Source: Deltaproteobacteria bacterium
GTDB lineage: Bacteria; Desulfobacterota; Binatia; UBA12015
DNA length: 56,765 nucleotides
Direction: 5' to 3'
Assembly: GCA_046583355.1 (NCBI GenBank)
Contig: JAYGCM010000016.1
Span: 1 to 56,765 of the forward strand
Position numbers and translations under genes: made by a program. Below are positions 11,692 through 21,140 of the stretch, one piece after another (the first letter of the stretch is position 1; the number at the start of each line of letters is the position of its first letter). The notes under the pieces are model-generated. The model was not told where the DNA came from, did no database searches, and worked only from the letters and a program-made list of their open reading frames with translations.

Positions 11692-13857
11692 GTGTCGCTA
11701 GCGCGTAGAGTCCGAAGCGTGGCGGTTTGGCGGCGGCAGCAACGTGGGCGGGTTCTTCTCTTCTGGGTGCTCGCCCTGTTGGTGGCGGGGTTTTTCTATC
11801 TCGATTTCCGCGTCCGACAAGGCTTCGCCGATGGCCGCTGGACCAATCCCATACGTTTCCGTGCGGCACCGCCTGTGCTCAAGGCCGGAATGGATATCGA
11901 CGCGCTCGGCTTGGGGCGCATGCTCCTTGCGCGCGGCTATGGCGAGGCTCTCGGTGGGCCGGATACGCCGATCGAGGAGGCGGGGCGCTTTCGGCGTACA
12001 GCGGATGCGGTGGAGATCTTTCTCAAGCCAATGCCGCAGGCGCAGACCTTCGCGGATAGGCCGGCGTTCCGCATCCGTCTGGTTCTCGCCGGCAGCCGTA
12101 TTCGGCTCATTCGCGATACCGCGACCGGCGATAGGTTGGCTGAGGTCAGGTTGACGCCGCTGCCGCTCGCCGGTGTGCTGGGCGAACATTGGACGCGGCG
12201 CACGGAGTTCTCGCTTGCTGACGTGCCGCCGCATGTCATCGACGCGATTCTTGCGGCCGAGGATGCCCATTTCCTCGACCATCCCGGCATCAACCTCAAA
12301 TCGATGGTGCGCGCGATGCAGGTGAATTGGCGGGCCGGCCGTATCCGCCAAGGCGGCAGCACGCTGACGCAGCAGTTCGTCAAGAATCATTTCCTCACGC
12401 AGGACCGGACCTTCACACGCAAACTCCTCGAGATCCCGATCGCCCTGGCGCTTGAGGCGCGCTTCTCCAAAGAGGAGATTCTCGAAGCTTATGTGGGGAC
12501 GGTCTATCTCGGTCATGACCGGTTGGTCGGCGTGCATGGCTTGGCGGAGGGAGCGGCGGTTTTTCTCGGCAAGAGTCTGCAAGAGATGACGGTCGCCGAT
12601 GGTGCACTTCTCGCGGGGCTGATTCGTGCACCAAATATCTACTCACCGCTGCGGCGACCCGAGCGGGCCCTGCGGCGGCGCAACCAGGTATTGGAAGAGA
12701 TGCGCGATCTGGCGTGGATCGACGATGCCACGTTCCTGGCAGCGCTGCGCGAAACGCTGCCGCAGCCGCAGCCGCGGCCCGCGGCGTCCGAGGCGTATTT
12801 TCTCCAGGAAGTATTGCGCGAGATGGTGCGCCACGGCATGCCGGTGGATCGTCTGGGGACCGGCAGTGAGGTTTTCACTACGCTGGATCTCGCCTTGCAG
12901 CACATCGCAACCGAGGAGGCGGGCAAGCTGGCCGCACGCCACCCGGGCCTTGAGGTGGAAGTGGTGGCGCTGGATCCCGCAACCGGGGCCTTGCGCGCGT
13001 TGGTGGGAGGAAGCGATTTTCTCAAAGGACAGCTGGATCGAACGCGCCGCGCCCATCTTGCGGCTGGCTCGATTTTCAAGCCTTTCTTGCTGCTGGCGGC
13101 CTTTGCCTCGGAGCCGGCGGGAATCACACCGGAGACAGAAATTCTCGATGCGCCGGTCACTGTCGAGATTCCCGGTGGCGTCTGGCGTCCGCGTAACTCC
13201 GATGGCCGTTTCCGCGGTTCCGTGAGCGTTGGTGAGGCGCTCTCGCGTTCGCTCAATGTGCCGATGGTGCGCCTGGCCCAGCGTATCGGCATCGAAGAGC
13301 TGGCGGCTTTCGGCGACACGATGGGACTGGCCGACGCACCGCTGCCGCGCGTGCCGGCGCTCGCGCTCGGTGCGTTTGACGCATCGCTGCGCAACGTGAC
13401 CGCGAGTTATTCGATTTTCCCCAACGCGGGCGAAGCCGTTTCGGTCTACGCAGTCGAGAGTGTGAAGGCCCCGAGTGGTACGCTGCTCTACCAGGCAGAT
13501 CCGCTGCGCGAGGCGCGCGCAGATGCCGACGCGGTCCGCGAGGTCCATGACCTGCTGGTGAGTGTGGCCGACGAAGGCACGGCACGTTCGATCGGCGCGT
13601 CCGGAGTGCGCTCGGCCGTCGCGGGCAAGACCGGCACCACCAACGAGAGCCGCGGTGTCTGGTTTGTCGGCTATACGCCCGACCTGCTGCTCGGCGTGCG
13701 GCTCGCCTACGGCGACCGTCGCTCCCTGGGCCGCGACGCCGCGCAATTGGCGGTGCCCTTTTGGGCGTCGATCGTGCGGCAAGCGGAGCGCGGGTACCCG
13801 ATCGTGCCCTTTGCTTTCGCCGATCCTCGCAATCCGCAGCGGCGGCGGGCAGAGTAG
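11692..13857 (+). CDS. Class A penicillin-binding protein, PBP1B-like (start uncertain)
   Basis: N-terminal TM, UB2H-like insert, GT51 motifs EDAHFLDHPG, QGGSTLTQQFVKN and RKLLE; transpeptidase motifs SIFK, SLN, KTGT. The ORF-track start at 11431 overlaps thrC and is unlikely. Confidence 0.9.
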   Translation: MSLARRVRSVAVWRRQQRGRVLLFWVLALLVAGFFYLDFRVRQGFADGRWTNPIRFRAAPPVLKAGMDIDALGLGRMLLARGYGEALGGPDTPIEEAGRFRRTADAVEIFLKPMPQAQTFADRPAFRIRLVLAGSRIRLIRDTATGDRLAEVRLTPLPLAGVLGEHWTRRTEFSLADVPPHVIDAILAAEDAHFLDHPGINLKSMVRAMQVNWRAGRIRQGGSTLTQQFVKNHFLTQDRTFTRKLLEIPIALALEARFSKEEILEAYVGTVYLGHDRLVGVHGLAEGAAVFLGKSLQEMTVADGALLAGLIRAPNIYSPLRRPERALRRRNQVLEEMRDLAWIDDATFLAALRETLPQPQPRPAASEAYFLQEVLREMVRHGMPVDRLGTGSEVFTTLDLALQHIATEEAGKLAARHPGLEVEVVALDPATGALRALVGGSDFLKGQLDRTRRAHLAAGSIFKPFLLLAAFASEPAGITPETEILDAPVTVEIPGGVWRPRNSDGRFRGSVSVGEALSRSLNVPMVRLAQRIGIEELAAFGDTMGLADAPLPRVPALALGAFDASLRNVTASYSIFPNAGEAVSVYAVESVKAPSGTLLYQADPLREARADADAVREVHDLLVSVADEGTARSIGASGVRSAVAGKTGTTNESRGVWFVGYTPDLLLGVRLAYGDRRSLGRDAAQLAVPFWASIVRQAERGYPIVPFAFADPRNPQRRRAE

Positions 13858-13860
13858 AGA

Positions 13861-14676
13861 GTGATGAATCTGGGGGAGGAGAAAATTGCGCACGACGAGG
13901 CCGGCTGGGTCGGCCGGGTGGGGCAGCGCTGTACCGAACTCCTGACGTTTCTCGGGAGCCTCTTGCGCTTTCTCGGTGAGACCGTGCGCGCTTCGCGCCG
14001 CGGCGTGCCGCGCGACGTACTCATCGCGCAGATCCAGGAGGTGGGCGCGAAATCCCTGCCGCTGGTGAGCGTGGCAGGCCTGGCCATTGGTGTCGTGATG
14101 GCGATCCAGACAATGATGTTGCTGAGAAAATTCGGTGTCGTGCAATATGCGGCGGTGGGCGTCGGGCTCGGGGTGACGCGTGAACTTGGCCCGGTGGTAA
14201 CGGCCTTGATGGTGGCCGGCCGGGCCGGCTCGGGCATCAGCGCCGAGCTGGGCAGCATGCGCGTCACGCGCCAGATCGACGCGCTTCAGGTTCTGGCAGT
14301 CGACCCCATGCGCCATCTGGTCGCGACCCGAATTTTGGCATGTCTGATCGCCGTGCCTCTTCTTACGGCGATTGCCGATTTCCTCGGAATCTTCGGCGGC
14401 CTGGTCGTGACGACGGTGGTCGGCGGTGTCCCGGTGCCCGCCTATATCGACACGACGCTCTATTATGTGACGGTCTCCGATGTGCTGAGTGGGCTCGGGA
14501 AGTCGGCCGTCTTCGGCCTGATCATCGGTACGGTCTCGGCGCATTACGGATTTCATACCGAGGGCGGAACGACCGGTGTAGGCCGCGCTACCACGGCCGC
14601 CGTGGTGGTTTCGTGCCTGATGATCTTTTTTGCGGATGTTCTGCTGACCCAGCTTCTGATGACTCTGGGGTACTGA
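13861..14676 (+). CDS. MlaE-family ABC permease (MCE system)
   Basis: RELGPVVTALMVAGRAGSGISAELGSMRVTRQIDAL, GVGRATT. Confidence 0.93.
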   Translation: MMNLGEEKIAHDEAGWVGRVGQRCTELLTFLGSLLRFLGETVRASRRGVPRDVLIAQIQEVGAKSLPLVSVAGLAIGVVMAIQTMMLLRKFGVVQYAAVGVGLGVTRELGPVVTALMVAGRAGSGISAELGSMRVTRQIDALQVLAVDPMRHLVATRILACLIAVPLLTAIADFLGIFGGLVVTTVVGGVPVPAYIDTTLYYVTVSDVLSGLGKSAVFGLIIGTVSAHYGFHTEGGTTGVGRATTAAVVVSCLMIFFADVLLTQLLMTLGY

Positions 14677-15414
14677 ATGGCGAACGTTCCGGCGATTGAA
14701 TTCTCGGGCCTCTTCAAGGCCTTTGACGATAAAGCGGTCCTGCGCGGCGTCGACCTTCAGGTCGCGCGTGGCGAGACCATGGTTGTGCTGGGCTCCAGCG
14801 GATCGGGCAAGTCGGTCCTGGTCAGCATGGCCGTCGGGCTGCTCACCCCCGACCAGGGGTCCGTACGGGTAGACGGCGTCGATGTGTCTGACTTCATTCG
14901 TGACGAGCAATGGCGCCCGATATGGCTCAAAACCGGCTTCCTCTTCCAGGGCGCCGCGCTTTTCGACTCGATGACAGTGGCGGAGAATATCGGTTTTCCG
15001 CTGGTGCAGCATACCGATTTGAGCGAGGCCGAGATCGCCAGGCGCGTCGAGGAGGTGCTTTGCTGGGTCGATCTCCAAGGGGCCGGAGCCAAGCGCCCGA
15101 GCGAACTCTCCGGCGGCATGCAAAAGAGGGTAGGACTCGGCCGTACGATCGCCTTGGAGCCGGAGATCGTCATCTATGATGAACCCACCACCGGGCTTGA
15201 CCCCTTGACCTCGGATACCATCAGCGAATTGATCCGGCGCCTCCAGAGCGAGCGCGGTGTGACCTCGATTGTCGTGACGCATGATGTGCGATGTGCTTTT
15301 CAGGTGGCCGACCGAGCTGCGATGATCGACGAAGGGCGGATTCTCGTCGATGCGCCGATTGCAGAAATTCGCGAGACGGCGGTTCCGAAGTTGCGAAGTT
15401 TTCTTTACGGTTGA
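14677..15414 (+). CDS. MlaF/Mkl-family ABC ATPase
   Basis: GSSGSGKS, FQGAALFDSMTV, LSGGMQKRV, YDEPTTGLDP, VTHD. Confidence 0.93.
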   Translation: MANVPAIEFSGLFKAFDDKAVLRGVDLQVARGETMVVLGSSGSGKSVLVSMAVGLLTPDQGSVRVDGVDVSDFIRDEQWRPIWLKTGFLFQGAALFDSMTVAENIGFPLVQHTDLSEAEIARRVEEVLCWVDLQGAGAKRPSELSGGMQKRVGLGRTIALEPEIVIYDEPTTGLDPLTSDTISELIRRLQSERGVTSIVVTHDVRCAFQVADRAAMIDEGRILVDAPIAEIRETAVPKLRSFLYG

Positions 15415-15425
15415 GGCGATTGTTC

Positions 15426-16475
15426 ATGGCAGCATCGAATCAGAGAAGGCGCGATACTCTTGTCGGGCTTTTCGTTCTCGTCGCCTTGGGCGCGGCGATG
15501 GTCATGGTTGTCCTGCTCGGCTCGGAGCAGGGGATCTTCCGGCCGCGTTTCGAGTTGCGGGCGATCTTTGCCAACGTGAGCGGTCTGCGCGAGGGCGCGC
15601 CGGTATTTGTCGCAGGGCTCAATGTGGGCTCGGTGCGGCAATTGGCCTTCGCACCACCGGACCAAGAGGGCGTGGTCGCGGCGCGGGTCGAGATTTTGAT
15701 GGATGTGGACGCGCGCTACCACGCGCAATTCCGCAAGGATTCGGTCGCGACGATTGGCTCGGTCGGGCTGCTCGGCGACAAATCCATCGAGATCACGGTC
15801 GGCAGCCTCGCCCTGGCGGAACTGCGTGACGGTGATGAATTGCTTACGGTCGAGCCCTTGGGTCTGGCCGAGATATTGGATCAATTGCAGCCGATGGCGC
15901 GGCAGCTTGAAAATATACTTGTTGACATCTCGGCCATCACCGGGAATATCTCGAATCCCAACTCGCCACTGATGCGTTCGATCGACAGCTTGAGCAATGT
16001 TCTGGCCAAGGTCGATACGGGTCAGGGGTTGGCCGGTCGCGTGGTCAACTCCGAGGCGATGGCCGACGAACTAACGGCCGTCATCGAGGAGGCCGGGGCG
16101 TTGCTGACCGAGACCACAAGGGCTGTGACCGAAGTGCGTCGGGCGGCCGACGATCTTCCGGCAACCATGGCCTCGGTACGAGCGGTTTCGGCGGATGTCG
16201 AGGAGTTGGCGATCGCCCTGCGCGAGAGCGCGGCGCGCCTGCCGGCGATCACCGACGATGTCGCCCTTACGTTCACGAATCTTCGCGATGCCTCTTTGAG
16301 CTTCCCGAGTATCGCCGCGCGTGCGGACCGCAGTGTGCGGCGGGCAGGCGAGGTCGTCGATGCGGCGGGCCGAACCATTTTCCTGCGCGGCTATATGCAG
16401 GAGGAGACGCAAAGCCTGCCACAATCGTCGGGTGTCGAATTCCCCTCTGCGGGTGCGGGAGGCGGAGATGAATAG
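15426..16475 (+). CDS. MlaD/MCE-family protein with long helical tail
   Basis: N-terminal TM, FANVSGLREGAPV..AGLNVGSV, GLLGDKSIEI, then a helical region. ATG 15426. Confidence 0.9.
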   Translation: MAASNQRRRDTLVGLFVLVALGAAMVMVVLLGSEQGIFRPRFELRAIFANVSGLREGAPVFVAGLNVGSVRQLAFAPPDQEGVVAARVEILMDVDARYHAQFRKDSVATIGSVGLLGDKSIEITVGSLALAELRDGDELLTVEPLGLAEILDQLQPMARQLENILVDISAITGNISNPNSPLMRSIDSLSNVLAKVDTGQGLAGRVVNSEAMADELTAVIEEAGALLTETTRAVTEVRRAADDLPATMASVRAVSADVEELAIALRESAARLPAITDDVALTFTNLRDASLSFPSIAARADRSVRRAGEVVDAAGRTIFLRGYMQEETQSLPQSSGVEFPSAGAGGGDE

Positions 16476-17406
16476 ACCGTGCCTGGTGGCTCTCCTTGTC
16501 CTCGCGAGCGCGTGTACGGCTGCGCAATCCCCGCCCTTGCCGGGCATTGCTCGACAGGCCGCGACCCTGGAGCAATCGAGTTTGGAGTTGGTTCTGACGG
16601 GCGCCGACGCTCAGGCACTCGCCTTGGCCGAGCAGGCACTCGTGCTCTACCGACGCATCGACGCGACCGGGTCGATTGTCGGCGCATTGAATCGGATCGG
16701 GGAGTTGCGGCTTGCGGGAGGCGCGCGGGCCGGGGCGGAACTGGCCTTCCGCGAGGCCGACGAGCTGGCTCGGCAGACGAGCGATAGGGTAGGCGAGGCT
16801 GCGGCGGCCAACAACCGCGGTGCGTTGGCCCGCGAGCGCGGCGACCGAATGCGCGCACGAACTTTCTTCTTGCGCGCGTTGGCTCTGAGTGAAGAGGCGG
16901 ACGCGCCGGCGACCGAGGCGAGCGCGGCGAATAATCTGGCACTCCTTGAGTTCGAGGCGGGACGCTGGCGCGAGGCCGCCGCTCTACTGGACCGTGCGCT
17001 CGGTCTCGACCGCGCCGCGGGCGACACCGCCGGCGAGGCGCTGCGTCTGTACAATCTCGCGGCTGTCGAGCAGGCCTTGGGTAAGGAGTCGCATGCGGTC
17101 GAGTATCTGGAGGAGGCGCATGGCATCGATCGCGCGCGCGAGGACGTGCCGGCCATCGCGCGCGATCTCGCAGCGCTGGCTGTGGCACGCGTGGCTGCTG
17201 GCGGAGATCTTCGGCGCGCCATCAATGAGCGGCATCGTGCGGTCAGCATATGGCGTCTGTTGCAAGATACGAGTGCGGCCGAGCAGGGCCGGGCAGCGAT
17301 TCTCCTTTGGTGCACTGAACTGGCGGCGGATCCCGCACCGCTCGATTGTATTATTGCGCGAGCGCAAGAGAGCGCTACACGCGGCGCCGGGAACACGGTA
17401 GAGTAG
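16468..17406 (+). CDS. TPR-repeat lipoprotein
   Basis: MNRPCLVALLVLASAC lipobox-like signal; repeated TPR units (ALNRIG, AANNRG, AANNLA, LYNLA). Start overlaps the end of the MCE gene. Confidence 0.8.
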   Translation: MNRPCLVALLVLASACTAAQSPPLPGIARQAATLEQSSLELVLTGADAQALALAEQALVLYRRIDATGSIVGALNRIGELRLAGGARAGAELAFREADELARQTSDRVGEAAAANNRGALARERGDRMRARTFFLRALALSEEADAPATEASAANNLALLEFEAGRWREAAALLDRALGLDRAAGDTAGEALRLYNLAAVEQALGKESHAVEYLEEAHGIDRAREDVPAIARDLAALAVARVAAGGDLRRAINERHRAVSIWRLLQDTSAAEQGRAAILLWCTELAADPAPLDCIIARAQESATRGAGNTVE

Positions 17407-17411
17407 GCGAT

Positions 17412-17663
17412 ATGCAGTCGGCAAAAGCAGCGAACGGGGCTCCCGGTGGCCTGCGGGTGAAGGCGGGCGCCTTCTTCGGGCGTTTCGGCGAGGTCATGGG
17501 CAACCTGGTTCTCGGAGCGCTTTATTTTCTTCTCCTCGGCCCGGTGGCGGTTGTCGCCCGCCTCTTGAGCGATCCTCTGCGTCGGCGTCGCCCGGCCGAC
17601 TCGGCCTTTTTGCCTTGGTCCGAAGAGAACGATACGCTCACGCAGGGTCGCCGTCAGGGCTGA
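17412..17663 (+). CDS. Short SxtJ-like membrane protein
   Basis: FGEVMGNLVLGALYFLLLGPVAVVARLLSDPL...SAFLPW...RRQG resembles the SxtJ C-terminal pattern. 5-6 nt gaps to neighbours. Confidence 0.65.
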   Translation: MQSAKAANGAPGGLRVKAGAFFGRFGEVMGNLVLGALYFLLLGPVAVVARLLSDPLRRRRPADSAFLPWSEENDTLTQGRRQG

Positions 17664-17669
17664 GCCTGC

Positions 17670-19205
17670 ATGAAGCTTCTGAACCAGATTCTGGCTTGTC
17701 TCGTCTCGCTTCTTATGGTCGCGCTGGTGATGGAGGGGGGTATGCGCCTTCTCGGTTACGGCCCCAAGCCGACCATGAACCGTTTCGATCCGGCCTATGG
17801 CTGGACCAAGACGCCGGGTGCGGATATCCGCCGCCAGACCGACGAATTTGATGTTCGATTGGTGACGAATTCTCGCGGGCTGCGCGAGCCCGAGTCTCTG
17901 GGCTACGCCAAGCCGCCGGGGACCCGCCGCGTGCTGGTTGTCGGGGACTCCTTCACGCTGGGGTATACGGTGCCGGCGGCCGATACGATCTCCGGCCTGC
18001 TCGGTGCGCGCCTAAGCGCCGAAGGCCGCCGCGTCGAGGTTCTCAACGGTGGCACCGAGGGGTGGTCGACCGACCAGGAGGTTCTTTGGTTGGCCGGCGA
18101 GGGCGCTCGCTACGCTCCCGATGTGGTCATCCTGCAGATGTACGAGAACGATATTTTCTGGAACTCGCAGGCGAATTATCTGCATTACCCCAAGCCGCAG
18201 CTGGCCTCCGATGGCACTGGTGCCGCTGCTACGGCCACGCTGGTCGACCCCGGCCAGGGCGAGTGGTTGCAACGCAATACCGCGCTGGGCGCCGCGGCTG
18301 CCGGCATTTTTGCGCCGCCGCAGATGCCGACTCTTGCAGGCTCGCATCTGCCGGCCGAGTGGGGCGTACGTCTCGACGCGGACGCGGCTGGTTACGCGGA
18401 GACCGCTGTGGCGCTTGCGGCCTTTCGCCGGGTTGCGCACGAAATCGGTGCCGCACCTTTGGTGCTGGTGATTCCCGACAAAGCTCAGGTCGACCCCGCC
18501 GCGCGGATCATCATGGCGCGCGCGATCAACGATCCGCGCTACCAGCCCGACCGGCCCTATACGGCCATGATGGATGCCGCCACAGCCGCTGGGGTTCCGG
18601 TGGTCGGCGCGTTGTCGCCGCTCCTCGAAGCTGCCGCGGCGGGGGCGCTTTATTTCACCCAGGATTGGCATACCAACGCCGCGGGCAACCGCGTGCTGGC
18701 CGATGCCCTGGCCGATGCTCTGGCCGCGCCTTCTTTCCTGGGCGCCGCTCAGCGCGCGGCCGGACGCTGGTACGGCGCGCGGCCCGCGCTGCCGGCGCAA
18801 TCCCTTGCGACCTTCTGGATCGTCCTGGGGATCGTCTGGCTGGTGCTGGGCACACTCTTCTACCAGCGTTTTCCCGGCGAGGGCGTGCTCGCGAGTTACG
18901 GTCCGGTGGGGCTCCTGCTCGCGGTCGTCGTCGGCCTGGTCACCGGCATCGACTTTCTTGCGGGCTTGCTGCCGTTCTGGATGGCGCGCCTGGTTCCGGC
19001 GCTGGCTCTTTTTGCGATCCTTGCTGTCGTGGCTTTCTACCTGCGCCGCCGCTTGCCGGTGATGGTCGAGCTCTTTGCGACCTTCGTGCGCCGCGGCCAA
19101 TGGTACGTGCTGCCCGTTCTGGCTGGCCTGCTCTCGGTGGGCGGCCTGCTGGTGGTGGCGGCTTCGTCGCCCTGGCTGGCCCCCTTCATCTACACGCTCT
19201 TCTGA
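17670..19205 (+). CDS. SGNH/GDSL-family (AlgJ/AlgX-like) protein fused to TM helices and a C-terminal DUF5989/SxtK-like module
   Basis: GDSFT, GTEGWS, YEND and DWH catalytic blocks; C-terminus RRGQWYVLPV...LAPFIYTLF. Confidence 0.85.
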   Translation: MKLLNQILACLVSLLMVALVMEGGMRLLGYGPKPTMNRFDPAYGWTKTPGADIRRQTDEFDVRLVTNSRGLREPESLGYAKPPGTRRVLVVGDSFTLGYTVPAADTISGLLGARLSAEGRRVEVLNGGTEGWSTDQEVLWLAGEGARYAPDVVILQMYENDIFWNSQANYLHYPKPQLASDGTGAAATATLVDPGQGEWLQRNTALGAAAAGIFAPPQMPTLAGSHLPAEWGVRLDADAAGYAETAVALAAFRRVAHEIGAAPLVLVIPDKAQVDPAARIIMARAINDPRYQPDRPYTAMMDAATAAGVPVVGALSPLLEAAAAGALYFTQDWHTNAAGNRVLADALADALAAPSFLGAAQRAAGRWYGARPALPAQSLATFWIVLGIVWLVLGTLFYQRFPGEGVLASYGPVGLLLAVVVGLVTGIDFLAGLLPFWMARLVPALALFAILAVVAFYLRRRLPVMVELFATFVRRGQWYVLPVLAGLLSVGGLLVVAASSPWLAPFIYTLF

Positions 19206-19317
19206 GACGCGGCCGCGGATACCGGCCTACTTTGGGGCGGGCAGGCTCCAAGACATTCCGCCGGCCCTTTGCGCCCGGGCGTTTGAATGATACCCAATCA
19301 TGCCGGAGGTTTTTTCG

Positions 19318-21030
19318 ATGGAAGACAAGCTGCTGCGTATTGATATGACGAAACTTGAGGTCACTGAGGAGCCGTTCCCCGAGGAATGGAAATACCTGGG
19401 TGGTCGCTCGCTTTCGGCAAAGATTCTCTTGAAGGAGTGCGATCCCAAATGCGATCCGCTCGGGCCTGATAATGTCGTGGTGATCGCCCCTGGCGTGCTC
19501 TCCGGCTCGGTGGCTCCGACCTCCGGGCGCATGAGCATTGGCGCGAAGAGTCCCCTCACGGGCGGCATCAAGGAAGCCAATTCTGGCGGCCAGGCCGGCC
19601 AGAAGCTCGCGCGTCTCGGCTACCGTGCCGCCATCGTGACGGGCAAGGCTACCGACCCCGAGAAGCGCTACAAGGTCGTCGTCGACAAGGATGGCTTCTC
19701 GATCGTCGAGGCACCGGAGCTCAAGATGCTCCGCACCTACGCGACCAGCGAGAAGTTGCAGGAATCCCATTCCGATCGTGCCGTCTACCTGATGGTCGGC
19801 CCCGCCGGTGAGCTTGGTCTCACGGGCGCGAGTGTCGGCATGACAGACGAGGGTGCCAAGCATCCGGCCCGCCACGCTGCGCGCGGTGGCCTGGGAGCTG
19901 CGCTCGGTATCAAGGGCTTCAAGGCTTTGGTGGTGGATGATACCGGCACCAAGGCGCGCATGCCGGACGATATGGCGGCCTTCAAGAAGACCGTCAAGCG
20001 CATGTCCGACGAGCATAAAAATGGTCCGCAGATTTTCAAAACCGGCACCTCGTCGACCGTTCCGGTCGCCAATATGCTCGGTACCTTCCCGACCCGTAAC
20101 CGCCGCGAGATGGCCTTCGACAAGGCCGACGCACTTGACGGCGCGCGCATCCAGGAGAAGTTCGAAGAGCGCGGCGGCGGCATGCACCATTGCATGACGG
20201 GCTGCATCGTTACCTGCTCCAACGTCGTACATGGCCCCGACGGCGAGTACGTGACATCCGCTTTGGAGTTCGAGACCCTCGCCCTTTGCGGCTCAAATTG
20301 CGAGATCGGCGATATCGATATTGTCGCCCGCATGGACCGCCTCTGTGACGAGCTCGGCCTCGACACCATCGAGACCGGCGCAGCCGTCGGCATGGTGATG
20401 GAAGCCGGCAAGCTTGAGTTCGGTGACGGCGAAGGCGCGTTGGCCTTGATGGAGAAAATCGACCAGGGCGACGAGCTCGCCGAAGCGGTCGGCAACGGCG
20501 TCTGCGCGGTGGCGAAGAGGTTCAATATCGATCGCGTGCCGGCCATCCGCGGCCAGGCCATTCCCGCTTGGGAGCCGCGCACTCTGAACGCAACCGGCGT
20601 GACCTACGCCACCAGCGCGATGGGGGCCGACCATACCGCCGGCCTGATCGTCATGCTGCCCGAGGGCCAATCAGAGGCGCAGGCGTCCCAAGAGGCTCAG
20701 TTGGTCAACGCGCTCTGTGATTCCAGCGGCTTCTGCCAGTTCCAACAGCCGACGATCAACGATATCCGCGAACTCTTCGGCGCGATGTACGGCAAGGAAA
20801 TGTCGTTTGAAGAGGCGTCTGACCTCGGCTGGCAATGCATGGTTGACGAGTGGGAGTTCAACAAGCGGGTCGGCTTCGGCCCTGAAGACAACGATTTGCC
20901 GCAATGGTGCCGCGACGAACCCGTGCCCCAGAACGGCGCGGTCTTCGCGACTCCGAAAGAGGAGATCGACAAGGTCTTCGAGCGCTTCCCAGCCTCGGAG
21001 AATCTGAAAATCATGCGTGCCGTCGGCTGA
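19318..21030 (+). CDS. Aldehyde:ferredoxin oxidoreductase family (W/Mo-pterin)
   Basis: KSPLTGGIKEANSGG, GPAGE, AARGGLGA, CMTGCIVTC, EFET, CDELGLDTI, GADH. GGAGGT RBS before ATG 19318. Confidence 0.92.
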   Translation: MEDKLLRIDMTKLEVTEEPFPEEWKYLGGRSLSAKILLKECDPKCDPLGPDNVVVIAPGVLSGSVAPTSGRMSIGAKSPLTGGIKEANSGGQAGQKLARLGYRAAIVTGKATDPEKRYKVVVDKDGFSIVEAPELKMLRTYATSEKLQESHSDRAVYLMVGPAGELGLTGASVGMTDEGAKHPARHAARGGLGAALGIKGFKALVVDDTGTKARMPDDMAAFKKTVKRMSDEHKNGPQIFKTGTSSTVPVANMLGTFPTRNRREMAFDKADALDGARIQEKFEERGGGMHHCMTGCIVTCSNVVHGPDGEYVTSALEFETLALCGSNCEIGDIDIVARMDRLCDELGLDTIETGAAVGMVMEAGKLEFGDGEGALALMEKIDQGDELAEAVGNGVCAVAKRFNIDRVPAIRGQAIPAWEPRTLNATGVTYATSAMGADHTAGLIVMLPEGQSEAQASQEAQLVNALCDSSGFCQFQQPTINDIRELFGAMYGKEMSFEEASDLGWQCMVDEWEFNKRVGFGPEDNDLPQWCRDEPVPQNGAVFATPKEEIDKVFERFPASENLKIMRAVG

Positions 21031-21050
21031 ACGCCGGCCGCTTGCGGCGC

Positions 21051-21087
21051 AAAAGGGGGCGGAGCTTCGGCTTCGCCCCCTTTTTTT
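21051..21087. terminator. Bidirectional intrinsic terminator
   Basis: AAAAGGGGGCGGAGC-TTCG-GCTTCGCCCCC-TTTTTTT (cUUCGg tetraloop) between convergent genes. Confidence 0.9.
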
Positions 21088-21140
21088 GCGTCCAACGGGT
21101 CCCCTGCGTCCGGTCGGGTTGGGCAGCCTCGCTTCCGGGC

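Noticed and set aside
12643..15282. 879-aa antisense ORF over the PBP and Mla genes
   Set aside because: Typical high-GC antisense open frame mirroring sense codons; no motifs or RBS.
17412..19205. Saxitoxin biosynthesis
   Set aside because: SxtJ/SxtK-like genes are widespread outside toxin clusters, and no sxtA, sxtG or sxtI is present.
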